Origin: Pirellulales bacterium
GTDB taxonomy: Bacteria; Planctomycetota; Planctomycetia; Pirellulales; JAICIG01
Length of the DNA stretch: 64,000 nucleotides
Assembly (NCBI GenBank): GCA_040901675.1
Contig: JBBDYJ010000001.1
Location: 154,231-218,230 of the forward strand
Direction: 5' to 3'
Below the pieces are notes generated by a model. That model was not told the DNA's origin. It searched no databases and saw nothing but the letters and a program-made list of their open reading frames with translations. Shown in pieces: positions 41,407-51,574 of this stretch. How positions within the stretch are numbered: position 1 is the stretch's first letter; every line of letters begins with the position of its first letter. Made by a program: the position numbers and the translations under genes.

Positions 41407-43149
41407 CTAGGAGAGCAGATGGTCGGCCGCCAGACGCGCCCATCGATTCAGCGGCTCGAACGAGACGCCCAGCACGATCACGGGCAACGTAATCAAGGCC
41501 ACGTAGATTCCCGCCGGCGACCACATCGAGAAACTCGCCGGCAGCCGGCCTGCCGGCTCCGGATCGAGCGTCATTACCTTGACTACCCGCAAGTAGTAGA
41601 AAAGGCTCAAGGCGGTGTTCAATCCACCGATGACCAGCAGCGACAGCAGTTCGGCCGGCACCAGGTATGCAAATACAAAAAGCTTGGCGGGGAAACCGGC
41701 CAGCGGCGGTAAACCGATCAGGCTGAACAGGATCAACGACAAGGCAACTGCAACGCCCGGGCTGCGGTGAATCAATCCTCCGTAGTCCGCGATCTCCTCG
41801 CTTCGGATGGTGTTGCGCAGGAAAGCCACGATGGCGAACGCTCCCAGGTTCATGAACAGGTACACGCCGGCGTAAAACGCCAGTGACGCGATCGCTTCTT
41901 CCGCCAGCTCGATGTCCTTGCCGATCAAGGCCACCGCCGCCGCCACGGGCATCATCAGGTAGCCCGCATGCGCGATCGTCGAGTACGCCAGCAGCCGCTT
42001 CATGTTCGTCTGGTTATAGGCCGCCAGGTTGCCGAAGGTGCACGTCACGGCCGCCAGCAAGCCGATCAGCCCGACCAGGAAGCGGCGGACCGGGGCCAGC
42101 CGCTCGACTGCGTTCTGAGGCGCAGCATCGCTGTCTGGAACATTGCTGTCTGGATCGCTGTCTGGAGCATCGCTGCCGGGCAGAGCATCGCGTGCTTGCG
42201 GCACGACCAGCGGCCGCTTCTCGAGTGCCCGGTAGGCGGCCGAGTGCGCCACGGGGGCCTGGGCCGTTCGCGGTTCGCCGACGAAGCCGAAGCCCAACGC
42301 CAGGCGGGCCAGCAGGGCCAGGGCGGCCGCCTTGGACGCCACCGACAGGAACGCGTTCACCTCGGCACTGGCCCCCTCGAAGACGTCGGGGCACCAGAAA
42401 TGAAAAGGCACGGCCGACAGCTTGAAGGCCACTCCCACCATCACCATCAGTCCGCCCATCAACAGCACGGTCTGCCGCTCGGCCAGCGCCTCGGCGGGCA
42501 GCGAGGCCAGTTGCATCGCCATGGTCGGGATGTGGACGGACCCGAGCGCCCCGGCCAACAGGCTGATGCCGTACAGCATCACGCCGGCCGTGCCCGCGCC
42601 GTAAACCACGTACTTGAGAGCCGCCTCACTGCTCTGCCGGCGCCCCTTGAGCATGCCGGCCAGTGCATAGGAGGGGACGCTGGCCATCTCGACGCCCAAA
42701 AAGACCATCACCATATGGTTGGCCGAGGCCATCAGGCACATCCCCACGATGCCGCCCAGAACCAGCGTGTAAAAGTCGGGGCTGTCCTCGCGGTCGGGAA
42801 TACCTGATATCCGCGTAAACACCAGGAACAAACAAGCGAACACCAACAGCAGGCTGCGGAAGAAGACGGTCAGCTCGTCGTAGACCAGCATGCCGGTAAA
42901 GATGGGCGCGGTGAAGTCGGCCGATTCCCGCAGCCCCGGCAGCAGCCGCCAGGGCGCCGCAAAGTACAGCGCCGCCAGGCAGCCGGGCAAGGCAATCCAG
43001 ACCGTATTGATCCGCCGGCCGAAAGCCGGCAGCCGTGCCAACAGCATCAGCACGATCGTGGCGCAAAGGACCAATTCGGGCATAAAGCCCGGCAGCGACA
43101 CCCGCAGCGTGTCGTGGATCAGGTGATCGAGCAGTTCCTGAAAATTCAC
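41407..43149 (-). CDS. nuoN: NADH-quinone oxidoreductase subunit N
   Basis: SEAALKY, FKLSAVPFHFWCPDVFEGA, KRLLAYSTIAHAGY, GLPPLAGF, FYYLRVV. Confidence 0.95.
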   Translation of the reverse strand: MNFQELLDHLIHDTLRVSLPGFMPELVLCATIVLMLLARLPAFGRRINTVWIALPGCLAALYFAAPWRLLPGLRESADFTAPIFTGMLVYDELTVFFRSLLLVFACLFLVFTRISGIPDREDSPDFYTLVLGGIVGMCLMASANHMVMVFLGVEMASVPSYALAGMLKGRRQSSEAALKYVVYGAGTAGVMLYGISLLAGALGSVHIPTMAMQLASLPAEALAERQTVLLMGGLMVMVGVAFKLSAVPFHFWCPDVFEGASAEVNAFLSVASKAAALALLARLALGFGFVGEPRTAQAPVAHSAAYRALEKRPLVVPQARDALPGSDAPDSDPDSNVPDSDAAPQNAVERLAPVRRFLVGLIGLLAAVTCTFGNLAAYNQTNMKRLLAYSTIAHAGYLMMPVAAAVALIGKDIELAEEAIASLAFYAGVYLFMNLGAFAIVAFLRNTIRSEEIADYGGLIHRSPGVAVALSLILFSLIGLPPLAGFPAKLFVFAYLVPAELLSLLVIGGLNTALSLFYYLRVVKVMTLDPEPAGRLPASFSMWSPAGIYVALITLPVIVLGVSFEPLNRWARLAADHLLS

Positions 43150-43215
43150 GTCTGCCTGCCTTCGCTGCGTTTTAGCCCCGGGCCCCTGCCGCCACCGGCC
43201 GCGGCAACAAAATCG

Positions 43216-45024
43216 TTATCGCTGGCCCCTGGATGCCACTCGTTTAGCTCCGCCTTCGGTACTCGCCGTCGGCGCCTGGTTGATTGAAAGCCTGCTTGCC
43301 CCCCGCTGCCCCGATTCCTTGACGTCGCGGGTCCAGTCCGCCAGCTCTTGCACCGTCTTGTTCACACTGGGCGTCATGTAGTTGAAGAGCGACTGCGGCA
43401 ACACGCCGAACCAGATCGCAAACGCCAGCAGGGGCGCGGCGATAGCGACCTCCCGGCCGGTGATGGGCGTGATGCGATCTCCGTGCGGCCCGCGGTATTC
43501 CGCTCCCAAATACACCCGCTGCAACGTCCACAAAATGTAGGCGGCCGTCAGGATGACCGTGGCTGCCGCTACCACCGCCATCGCCTTGGAGTAGCTCCAG
43601 ACGCTCAGCGTCACAAAGAACTCGCCGATGAACCCGCACAGGCCGGGCAGCCCCAAGCCGGCAAAGAAAATGCCGAACGCCAGCCCGCTGTAGAGCGGCG
43701 AGCGGCCGAACAGCCCCCCGAACTCATCGAGATTGCGATGGTGGACCCGGTCGTAAATCACCCCGACCATGAAGAACATGCCGGCCGAGCTGATCCCGTG
43801 GGCAATCATCTGGAACATGGCGCCGTTCATGCCCATGGCCCAGTAGTCGGGGTTGTAGTTCGTGCTGGCGGTGGCGGTCCACACGCCGATGCCCAGCAGC
43901 ACGTAGCCCATGTGGCTGACGGAGCTGTAAGCCACCAGCCGCTTGAAGTCCTTCTGCGCCAGGGCGGCAAAGGCGCCGTACACCATGCTCAAGACCCCGA
44001 TGCCCGTCACCACGTAGGCCAGGTCGTAGGCCGCGTCGGGACAGATCGGATAGCAGATGCGGATGATGCCGTAGCCGCCCATCTTCAGGAGGATGCCCGC
44101 CAGGATCATCGAGATTGGCGTAGGCGCCTCGACGTGCGCGTCGGGCAGCCAGGTGTGCAGCGGCACAATCGGGATCTTGATGGCAAAGCCGATGAACAAC
44201 AGCACGAAGGCCCACCATTGTAGCGACCTGCCCCATAGCAGCTCCGCGTCGAACAGGTCCGTGTGCTGGCCCATCTTGGACAGTGCCAGGATGTTGAAGG
44301 TGTGGATCGGGTTGTCGCCCGGCTCTCTTACCGCGCGGGTCACGTCGGCATGCAGGTGCAGGTCGTCCCACGCGACGGCCCGCGAACCGCCCGGCAGGTC
44401 GCTTTGGGCGGCCAGAGCCCGCAGGTCGCTGTTGAAATAAAGGATCAGGATGGCGATCAGCATCAGCACGCTGCCCACCAGCGTGTAGAGAAAGAACTTG
44501 ATCGCCGCGTATTCGCGGCGCGGGCCGCCCCACACGCCGATCAGGAAGTACATCGGCAACAGCATGACTTCCCAGAAGACGTAGAACAGAAAGAAGTCCA
44601 GGGCCATGAAGACCCCGATCATGCCCGTCTCCAAGAGCAGGTACAGGATGCAATAGGCCTTCACGTGCTTGGTGATGTTCCAACTGGCCCCCATGGCCAG
44701 CATGCTCAAGAACGACGTCAGCAGCACCAGCGTGAAGCTGATGCCGTCGATCCCCATGAAATAGAAGATGTTGAACGACGGTATCCAGTCGATCGAGAAG
44801 GCGTCCTGCATGCCCGCCGCTCCCAGCTCGAACCGCGGCGTCGCCACGCCTTCGGGCGAAGGCACCGCCATGTACACCGTCAGAAGGAAAACCAACACCG
44901 TGACCACCAGGCTGAACAGCTTGATGGCCTCCGGCTTCTCCTTCGGAAAGAGCAACAGCACCAGCGCCCCCAGCGCGGGCAGAAACACGACCAGGCTCAA
45001 CAGGAGAACGTATTGCGATTGCAT
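43216..45024 (-). CDS. nuoM: NADH-quinone oxidoreductase subunit M
   Basis: FYVFWEVML, AAIKFFLYT, PLHTWLPDAHVEAP, LLKMGGYG, KRLVAYSSVSHMG. Confidence 0.95.
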   Translation of the reverse strand: MQSQYVLLLSLVVFLPALGALVLLLFPKEKPEAIKLFSLVVTVLVFLLTVYMAVPSPEGVATPRFELGAAGMQDAFSIDWIPSFNIFYFMGIDGISFTLVLLTSFLSMLAMGASWNITKHVKAYCILYLLLETGMIGVFMALDFFLFYVFWEVMLLPMYFLIGVWGGPRREYAAIKFFLYTLVGSVLMLIAILILYFNSDLRALAAQSDLPGGSRAVAWDDLHLHADVTRAVREPGDNPIHTFNILALSKMGQHTDLFDAELLWGRSLQWWAFVLLFIGFAIKIPIVPLHTWLPDAHVEAPTPISMILAGILLKMGGYGIIRICYPICPDAAYDLAYVVTGIGVLSMVYGAFAALAQKDFKRLVAYSSVSHMGYVLLGIGVWTATASTNYNPDYWAMGMNGAMFQMIAHGISSAGMFFMVGVIYDRVHHRNLDEFGGLFGRSPLYSGLAFGIFFAGLGLPGLCGFIGEFFVTLSVWSYSKAMAVVAAATVILTAAYILWTLQRVYLGAEYRGPHGDRITPITGREVAIAAPLLAFAIWFGVLPQSLFNYMTPSVNKTVQELADWTRDVKESGQRGASRLSINQAPTASTEGGAKRVASRGQR

Positions 45025-45038
45025 GGCAAGCCCAAGGG

Positions 45039-47441
45039 TTATCGCGCCGAGGCGAAATTGATCAAAACGGTCAGGGCCACGGTCCCAATCACGATCAGCA
45101 TCACGTATTGCCGCAAGCGGCCGGTCTGCACGCTCCGCAGCGAGTTGCCCAGCGACCAGGTCCAGGCGGCAAACACGTTCACCGACTGGTCCACCAAATA
45201 GCGGTCGATCAGGTCGTCGAAGTCGGCCAGCCGGCGCGTCCAACGCGCCGAGCCGTGAATCAGGCCGTCGATCACCCCCTTATCGAAGGCCGCCACCGCG
45301 CCGGCCGCCAGGTGCACCGGCCGCACGAACAGGACCTGGTAAAGCTCGTCGAAATGCCATTTATTCCAGAGCAAGTTGTAGAGCGGCCTGAACTGTTGCC
45401 GCGCCTCGGCCGGATCCAGCAGGCGCACGCCGTAAAACAGCACGGCCAGCAAAAAGCCGCCCAGGGCCGTGGCGCTGGCCACCAGCGTGGCCAGCAGGTG
45501 CACGTCGGCAGCGTGGCTGGCGTGCTCGTCGGGATAGACCAGGCCGGGCAGCAGCAGCCCCTGCCCCAGCTCGCCGGCGGGACGCGCCTGTTCGAGCAGG
45601 CTCACCACGCCCAGCCACGGCCAGCCGACCGCTACCGCGAAGACAGCCAGCACGACCAAAGGCACGTACATGATCGGAGGCGATTCGTGGGCGTGCTCGT
45701 GAACGTGGCGATCGCGCGGCTCGCCGGTAAACGTCATGAACCAGAGGCGGAACATGTAGAAGGCCGTGACGGCCGCGCCGCCGGCAGCCACGGCAAACAG
45801 CACGCCTCCCGGCGTCGGGTTGAGATTCCAGAACGACAGCGCCTGCGCGATGATCGCGTCTTTGGAGAAAAACCCGCTGAACAACGGCGCCCCGATGATC
45901 GCCAAACAGCCCACCAGCATCGTGTAGGCCGTCCAGGGCATTATCTTGCGGAGCCCGCCCATGCGGGTGATGTCGTTGGTGTGGCAGGCATGGATCACCG
46001 AGCCGGAGCACAAGAACAGCAGGCTCTTGAAGAAAGCGTGCGTGATCAGATGGAACAGGCCGGCCGCCCAGCCGCCCAGCCCCAGGGCCAGCATCATGTA
46101 GCCCAACTGGCTGACGGTCGAGTAAGCCAGCACTCGCTTGATGTCGACGGCCGTGATGGCAATCGAGGCGGCCAGCAACAGCGTGATCGCGCCGATCACG
46201 GCGATCACCAGCAGCACCTCGGGCGCGAACACGGGGTAGAACCGGCCCACCAGGTACACGCCCGCGGCCACCATCGTTGCCGAGTGGACCAGGGCGGACA
46301 CGGGCGTCGGCCCTTCCATGGCATCGGGCAGCCAGACGTGCAGCGGGAACTGCGCGCTTTTGCCGACGCAGCCGCAGAAGATGCCGATTCCAGCCACCAC
46401 CAGCAGCCAGTAACCGTGGCCCTGCTCGCGCCAGGACACGACGCGCGCCAGGATCTCCGACTCGGCGGCCGCCGGGTTGCGCGGATGGTCGCGCACCACT
46501 TCGGCCGCCAACTCGGCGGCGGACGCGCGGACCATGCCCGCCGGCGCCTCGAGCCGATAGCCGTTCTCGGCCGACCGCACCTGGCTGAAGATGCCCTGGC
46601 GGCCATCCACGTCGCCGAAGGCGAACGTGCCCAGGCTCGCCCACAGCGCCATCATTCCGACGATCATGCCGAAGTCGCCGATCCGGTTGACGATGAAAGC
46701 CTTGTTGGCGGCGTTCGTCGCGCTTTTGCGCTCGATGTAGAAGCCGATCAGAAAGTACGAACAGATCCCCACCAGCTCCCAGAACACGAACACCATGGCG
46801 ACGTTGCCGGCCACCACCAGCCCCAGCATGCTGAACGAGAACAGCGACATGTACTGGAAAAAACGGTGGAACCGCCCAGGCCGGTGCAAATGGCGCCCGT
46901 CGGAAAGCGTCACTTCGTGATCGACGACCTCGTCGAGCTCGTCGTGCATGTAGCCGATGGAATAGAAGTGAATGCAAGTGGCAATCGCCGTGACCATGGC
47001 GAACATGCCGATCGTCAGGGCGTCGATGTAGTAGCTCACCGTGATAGCCAGCGCGCCGAATCGGCCCAGCGTGTACCAATCGCCCGTGTAATGCCGGGGG
47101 GGCCCTGCCTGTGCCTGGTGCTCGGCGGCCGATGCATGGTCGCCTGCATGCTCCTTCGCCTCGCCGGCGTGCCCGCCCGCCGTGGCCTCGTGCGGCGCCG
47201 ACGCCACGGCCCCATGCTCGCCCCGCGGTCCGCTCGCTTCGGCCGGCGAGCTGAAAACCCAGATTCCCAGCGCCACCACCGACGCGACCAGCGATCCCAG
47301 GATGGCGCCCGTCGCCACGTAACTCGCCATGACGCCGGCCCTGCCCATCCGCGGGCCCACCAGCACGATCAGCGCAAACGAGGCGAGCGGCAGCAGCCAC
47401 GCCAGTCCCAGCAGAATAGGCAGAAACGTAGCCGTGTCCAT
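45039..47441 (-). CDS. nuoL: NADH-quinone oxidoreductase subunit L
   Basis: KAFIVNRIGD, GKSAQFPLHVWLPDAMEGPTPVSAL, DIKRVLAYSTVSQLG, HAFFKSLLFL. Confidence 0.96.
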   Translation of the reverse strand: MDTATFLPILLGLAWLLPLASFALIVLVGPRMGRAGVMASYVATGAILGSLVASVVALGIWVFSSPAEASGPRGEHGAVASAPHEATAGGHAGEAKEHAGDHASAAEHQAQAGPPRHYTGDWYTLGRFGALAITVSYYIDALTIGMFAMVTAIATCIHFYSIGYMHDELDEVVDHEVTLSDGRHLHRPGRFHRFFQYMSLFSFSMLGLVVAGNVAMVFVFWELVGICSYFLIGFYIERKSATNAANKAFIVNRIGDFGMIVGMMALWASLGTFAFGDVDGRQGIFSQVRSAENGYRLEAPAGMVRASAAELAAEVVRDHPRNPAAAESEILARVVSWREQGHGYWLLVVAGIGIFCGCVGKSAQFPLHVWLPDAMEGPTPVSALVHSATMVAAGVYLVGRFYPVFAPEVLLVIAVIGAITLLLAASIAITAVDIKRVLAYSTVSQLGYMMLALGLGGWAAGLFHLITHAFFKSLLFLCSGSVIHACHTNDITRMGGLRKIMPWTAYTMLVGCLAIIGAPLFSGFFSKDAIIAQALSFWNLNPTPGGVLFAVAAGGAAVTAFYMFRLWFMTFTGEPRDRHVHEHAHESPPIMYVPLVVLAVFAVAVGWPWLGVVSLLEQARPAGELGQGLLLPGLVYPDEHASHAADVHLLATLVASATALGGFLLAVLFYGVRLLDPAEARQQFRPLYNLLWNKWHFDELYQVLFVRPVHLAAGAVAAFDKGVIDGLIHGSARWTRRLADFDDLIDRYLVDQSVNVFAAWTWSLGNSLRSVQTGRLRQYVMLIVIGTVALTVLINFASAR

Positions 47442-47785
47442 CAGCCCTTCAATTCGTCGGCCCGGTCGACGTCGACCGTGGCATGGTTGTTGTAAAAGTT
47501 CAACGTAATGGCCAGGGCCACGGCGGCCTCCGCGGCGGCCAGCACGATCACGAACAAGGCGATCAACTGCCCGTCGAGACCAAGCGAAAGACCGCCCTCC
47601 CGGTAGAGAAAATCGCTCGACATCGCCACGAAGTTCACGTTCGCTCCGTTGAGCACAAGCTCGATGCCCATCAGCACGCCCAGCGCATTGCGCTTGGCGG
47701 CCATGCAGACCACCCCCGACACGAACATAATCGCTCCCACGACCATGAAGTGCGACACGCCGACGGGTTCAGCCAGCAGGTTCAT
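47441..47785 (-). CDS. nuoK: NADH-quinone oxidoreductase subunit K
   Basis: LMGIELVLN, FVIVLAAAEAAVALA. Confidence 0.93.
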   Translation of the reverse strand: MNLLAEPVGVSHFMVVGAIMFVSGVVCMAAKRNALGVLMGIELVLNGANVNFVAMSSDFLYREGGLSLGLDGQLIALFVIVLAAAEAAVALAITLNFYNNHATVDVDRADELKG

Positions 47786-48399
47786 CCCAATTGCCTCGCG
47801 TTGCTTGCCCGCCGCTTGGTTCGAGCCAGGTATGCCGCGCCGATCAACACCACCAGCAGGTGGACCGATACGATTTCGAACGGGAGCAGGTAGCCCGACA
47901 TCCCGTCCTTCAAGTGCTCCGGCCGCTCTTCGAGCCGATCCACGCGAGCTCCCAACAGTCCCATGCCCAGCCGCGTGGCCGTATCGTGTTGCACCAGGTC
48001 GGCCGGGGGGGCATCGGCGCGGCTCGCGCCGCGACCGCGCCAGTCGGGCACGCTGAAGGCCGCCGGTATCAGAAAAGCGAGCAGGCACCCGGAAAGCAGA
48101 AAGGCCACGATCCAATCGCCGCCGCTGGTCTTCATCGAAATAAACGGTCCCTGGGCCGTCAGCATCACGCCGAAGATCAAAAGCACCAGCGTGCCGCCGA
48201 CGTAAATCAGCAACTGCATGGCCCCCACGAAGTCGGCCCCGGCCAGAAAGAACAGGCCCGACGTCGCCCCCAGCGACATGATCAGGTACAAGGCCATCCG
48301 CACGATGTTGCTGGTGATCACGACCGCCACCGCGAACGCGCAGGCCAACCCGGCAAACAACAGAAAGAAAAACGTGTGCCAGTTCGGTTCCACGGTCAC
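47782..48399 (-). CDS. nuoJ: NADH-quinone oxidoreductase subunit J
   Basis: QLLIYVGGTLVLLIFGVML, YLLPFEIVSVHLL; GTG start overlaps the nuoH stop. Confidence 0.92.
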   Translation of the reverse strand: MTVEPNWHTFFFLLFAGLACAFAVAVVITSNIVRMALYLIMSLGATSGLFFLAGADFVGAMQLLIYVGGTLVLLIFGVMLTAQGPFISMKTSGGDWIVAFLLSGCLLAFLIPAAFSVPDWRGRGASRADAPPADLVQHDTATRLGMGLLGARVDRLEERPEHLKDGMSGYLLPFEIVSVHLLVVLIGAAYLARTKRRASNARQLG

Positions 48400-49670
48400 C
48401 TGCTCTCCGCGCCGGCCAAATCGCCCGCCGCCAGCCGCTCGCCCCCAGCGCTTGCCACGGGCTCTTGCGGCCGTCCCGCTGCATCGACCGGCGCCTGCGC
48501 CTCGGCATACCGCGCGCCGTACGGCTCGCTCCGCAAGTCCAACAAGCCGCCGGGCCATAGATACGTCCAGGCCACCGCGCCCAGAAATGTCACGGCCGCG
48601 ATCGGCGTGCAGTACTTCAGGCAGACCTTCATCACCTGGTCGATCCGCAGCCTGGGCAGCGTCCAGCGGACCCACATCATGAACGTCACCCACAGGCAGC
48701 ACTTGAAGACGAAGTTCAGCATCCCCAAAAAGTTCCCCAGGTAGCCGGCCAACCAGCCGCTTTCGTGCGTCAGCCCCAGCATCGACGCCACCGGCACCGG
48801 GCCGTTCCAGCCGCCGAAGAACAGGATCGCCGCCAGGCCGCTCACGGCAAACATCGAGCCGTATTCGGCCATGAAAAAGAAGCTCCACCGCAGCCCGGAA
48901 TACTCCGTGTGGAAACCGGCCACCAGTTCGCTTTCGGCCTCGGCCAGGTCGAACGGCGCGCGGTTCACGCTGGCCGTGGCGCAGGTAAAGTAAACCCAGA
49001 ACGTGATGAAAGTAAACGGGTCGTGGAAGATCAGCCAGTTGTTCAACCAGCCCGCTTGCAGGCGGCCTATCTCGACCAGGTCCATGGTGCCGGCGATCAG
49101 CACCGGCACCACGACGCAGAGGCCCATCGGCACTTCATAGCTGACCACCTGGGCCGCCTCACGCATGGCGCCGAAAAGCGACCACTTCGAAGCCGACGCG
49201 TAGCCGGCCAGGATCACGCCGAAGACCTCCAGGCCCATCACCGCCAGGATGAAGAACACGGCCGTGTTCAGCCGCACCGCGACCCAGCCATCGCTGAAAG
49301 GAAGCGCCAGAAAGGCGGCGAACGAAGCACAGAAGCTGATATAGGGGGCCAAGCGAAACAACAACGCGTCGGCCCCGGCGGGCATCAGGTCTTCCTTGGT
49401 GATCAGCTTGATGCCGTCGGCCAAGGTCTGCAGCCAACCGAACTTGCCGCCCACGCGGGTCGGCCCCAGGCGATCCTGGATGCGGCCGGCAACCTTCCGC
49501 TCCAGCCAGATGAACACCAGCGCGCCGACCGCCACCACGTGCAGCAGCAGCAGGCAGTGCACCATGGCGGCGATCAGATACGCCGCCGCTTCAAGAGTCC
49601 AGTCCGGCAGCCAGTCGGCCAGCCAGGCTGGAAGCCAGCCGGGCAGGTGCTTTGCCAGATAGTCAGCCAC
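48396..49670 (-). CDS. nuoH: NADH-quinone oxidoreductase subunit H
   Basis: ERKVAGRIQDRLGP, QTLADGIKL, SYEVP, NRAPFDLAEAESELVAG, PRLRIDQ. Confidence 0.96.
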   Translation of the reverse strand: MADYLAKHLPGWLPAWLADWLPDWTLEAAAYLIAAMVHCLLLLHVVAVGALVFIWLERKVAGRIQDRLGPTRVGGKFGWLQTLADGIKLITKEDLMPAGADALLFRLAPYISFCASFAAFLALPFSDGWVAVRLNTAVFFILAVMGLEVFGVILAGYASASKWSLFGAMREAAQVVSYEVPMGLCVVVPVLIAGTMDLVEIGRLQAGWLNNWLIFHDPFTFITFWVYFTCATASVNRAPFDLAEAESELVAGFHTEYSGLRWSFFFMAEYGSMFAVSGLAAILFFGGWNGPVPVASMLGLTHESGWLAGYLGNFLGMLNFVFKCCLWVTFMMWVRWTLPRLRIDQVMKVCLKYCTPIAAVTFLGAVAWTYLWPGGLLDLRSEPYGARYAEAQAPVDAAGRPQEPVASAGGERLAAGDLAGAESR

Positions 49671-49819
49671 TCGTAGGCCCGCCCTCGCCCCAACGCTTGA
49701 TTGATGAGTGCAATGTGGGTATCGCCGCGGCCATTCCACTCAGGCGTCAAGTCGTGGCGCTGAAGCGGCTCCGCGAAGATCGTGAAATATGGCACAAAGC
49801 CTTGCCGGTGTTCAAGCCC

Positions 49820-51025
49820 CTAGCGGTCGATTTCGCCCATCACAATGTCCAACGAGCCGACGATGGCCGGCACGTCGGCGATCAGGCAACCGCGGCACAG
49901 CTCGTGGGTGACCGACAAGTTCGAGAAACAACTGCTGCGGGCGCGGGTCCGCCAGGGAATGGGCGATCCGTCGCTGACCAGGTAGAAGCCCATCTGGCCG
50001 CGGGGGGCTTCGGTCTCCAGGTAGGCCTCGCCCTTGGGCAGCTTCTCGTTGAGCTTCAACGGCACCGCGTGCGAACCTTTCGCCGTGCTGTAGCGGTCCA
50101 TGGCCTGCCGCACCAGGTCCATGGCCTGCACCACTTCCAGCATCCGCACGTAAAAGCGGTGCCAGCAGTCGCCCAGCACGGCCGAGGCGGGGACAGGCGG
50201 GTAGATGTGGTCTTTCGGGTAGTGGCCGTCCTTCTGGACGATGACCTCGAAGGCATAGCCGTCGTACATCTCGGTGTAGCGCTCTTCGCCGTCGCGGCGC
50301 AAGTCGTGGTCCACTCCGCTGCCCCGCAGCACCGGACCGGTACAGCCGTAGTCGATCGCCATCTCGGCCGACAAAAGGCCGATGCCCGTGGCCCGCCGCA
50401 CAAAAATGGCATTGCTGGTCAACAGCGTATGGTACTCGTCGATCACCGGAGAAAGTTGATCCAGGAACTTCTCGCACTGCTTGAGCCAGCCGGGCGGCAG
50501 GTCGTGCGTGGCGCCGCCGATCGTCAGGTAGCTGTACGTCAGCCGGGCCCCGCAGGCCATCTCGAACAGGTCGAGGATCTTCTCCCGCTCGCGGAAGGCG
50601 TACAGGAAGGGACTGAACGTGCCTAAATCGAGGCCATAGGCACCCATCCCCACCAGGTGGCTGGCGATGCGGCCCAGTTCGGCGATGATCACCCGCAGGT
50701 GCCTGGCCCGCTCGGGTATTTCCAGCTTCATCAGCTTCTCGACGGTCAGCGACCAGCCGAGGTTCATGTTCATGCCGGCCAGGTAGTCCATCCGGTCGGT
50801 GTAGGGAATCCACTGCTTGGGCGTGAGGTTCTCGCCGATCTTTTCCGCGCAGCGGTGCAGGTAGCCGATGTGCGGCGTCACCTCCGAGACCACCTCGCCG
50901 TCGGTCCGCAGCACCAGCCGCAGCACTCCGTGCGTGCTGGGATGCTGCGGGCCCATGTTGACGAGCATTTCGTCCGTGCGGACGTCGAATTCGATGATGC
51001 GTGGATCGTCGAGATGCGTGGCCAT
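49820..51025 (-). CDS. nuoD: NADH-quinone oxidoreductase subunit D
   Basis: NMGPQHPSTHGVLR, GYLHR, DRMDY, EAPRG, GSLDIVMGEIDR. Confidence 0.96.
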   Translation of the reverse strand: MATHLDDPRIIEFDVRTDEMLVNMGPQHPSTHGVLRLVLRTDGEVVSEVTPHIGYLHRCAEKIGENLTPKQWIPYTDRMDYLAGMNMNLGWSLTVEKLMKLEIPERARHLRVIIAELGRIASHLVGMGAYGLDLGTFSPFLYAFREREKILDLFEMACGARLTYSYLTIGGATHDLPPGWLKQCEKFLDQLSPVIDEYHTLLTSNAIFVRRATGIGLLSAEMAIDYGCTGPVLRGSGVDHDLRRDGEERYTEMYDGYAFEVIVQKDGHYPKDHIYPPVPASAVLGDCWHRFYVRMLEVVQAMDLVRQAMDRYSTAKGSHAVPLKLNEKLPKGEAYLETEAPRGQMGFYLVSDGSPIPWRTRARSSCFSNLSVTHELCRGCLIADVPAIVGSLDIVMGEIDR

Positions 51026-51029
51026 AGCG

Positions 51030-51566
51030 TTACCTGGCTCGGATGCCGTGGTACTCCAGCGGCATTTCATAGTCTCTGCGCAGCGGGTGCCCCACCCAGT
51101 CCTCGGGGCAGAGGATCCGCCGCAGGTTGGGGTGCCCCGTGAACTCGACGCCGCACAGGTCGTACACTTCGCGCTCGTGCCAGTCGGCCGTGCTCCAGAC
51201 CCCGCTGACCGTCGGCACCCGCGGCAAGTTGCCTTCGACCCCCTCGCGCCAGCGCGGCAGGACGACCTTCAACACCAGGCTCGTCTTATTGGGCAGGCTC
51301 CAGAGATGGTAGACCACCTCCATGTGCGGCTCCCAGCCGGTCTTGGCGGCCTTCTTCGGATCGGCCTCGAAGTAATCGACGCCGCTGATGCAGTTGAGCA
51401 TGTTGAACCGCAGGTCCGGCTCGTCGCGCAGGTAACGGCACACCTCGACCAGTCCCTCGGCCGTCACCTCGATCCAGGGATCGATCGCTTCCAGATTCGC
51501 GCCGGCAATCGCAGCGCCGAATCGCTTCTTCAGACGATCGAGAAAAGCCTGGCCGCTCATGCTCAA
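51030..51566 (-). CDS. nuoC: NADH-quinone oxidoreductase subunit C
   Basis: ADWHEREVYDL, GHPNLRRI, GHPLRRDY. Confidence 0.95.
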   Translation of the reverse strand: MSMSGQAFLDRLKKRFGAAIAGANLEAIDPWIEVTAEGLVEVCRYLRDEPDLRFNMLNCISGVDYFEADPKKAAKTGWEPHMEVVYHLWSLPNKTSLVLKVVLPRWREGVEGNLPRVPTVSGVWSTADWHEREVYDLCGVEFTGHPNLRRILCPEDWVGHPLRRDYEMPLEYHGIRAR

Positions 51567-51574
51567 CGTGCCCC

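Noticed and set aside
45108..47495. Long antisense or alternate-frame ORFs (also 5630-7141, 7329-8987, 26256-28496, 32413-34851, 58384-60111, 60806-62464)
   Set aside because: Shadow ORFs of high-GC coding regions overlapping well-supported genes; no recognisable motifs.
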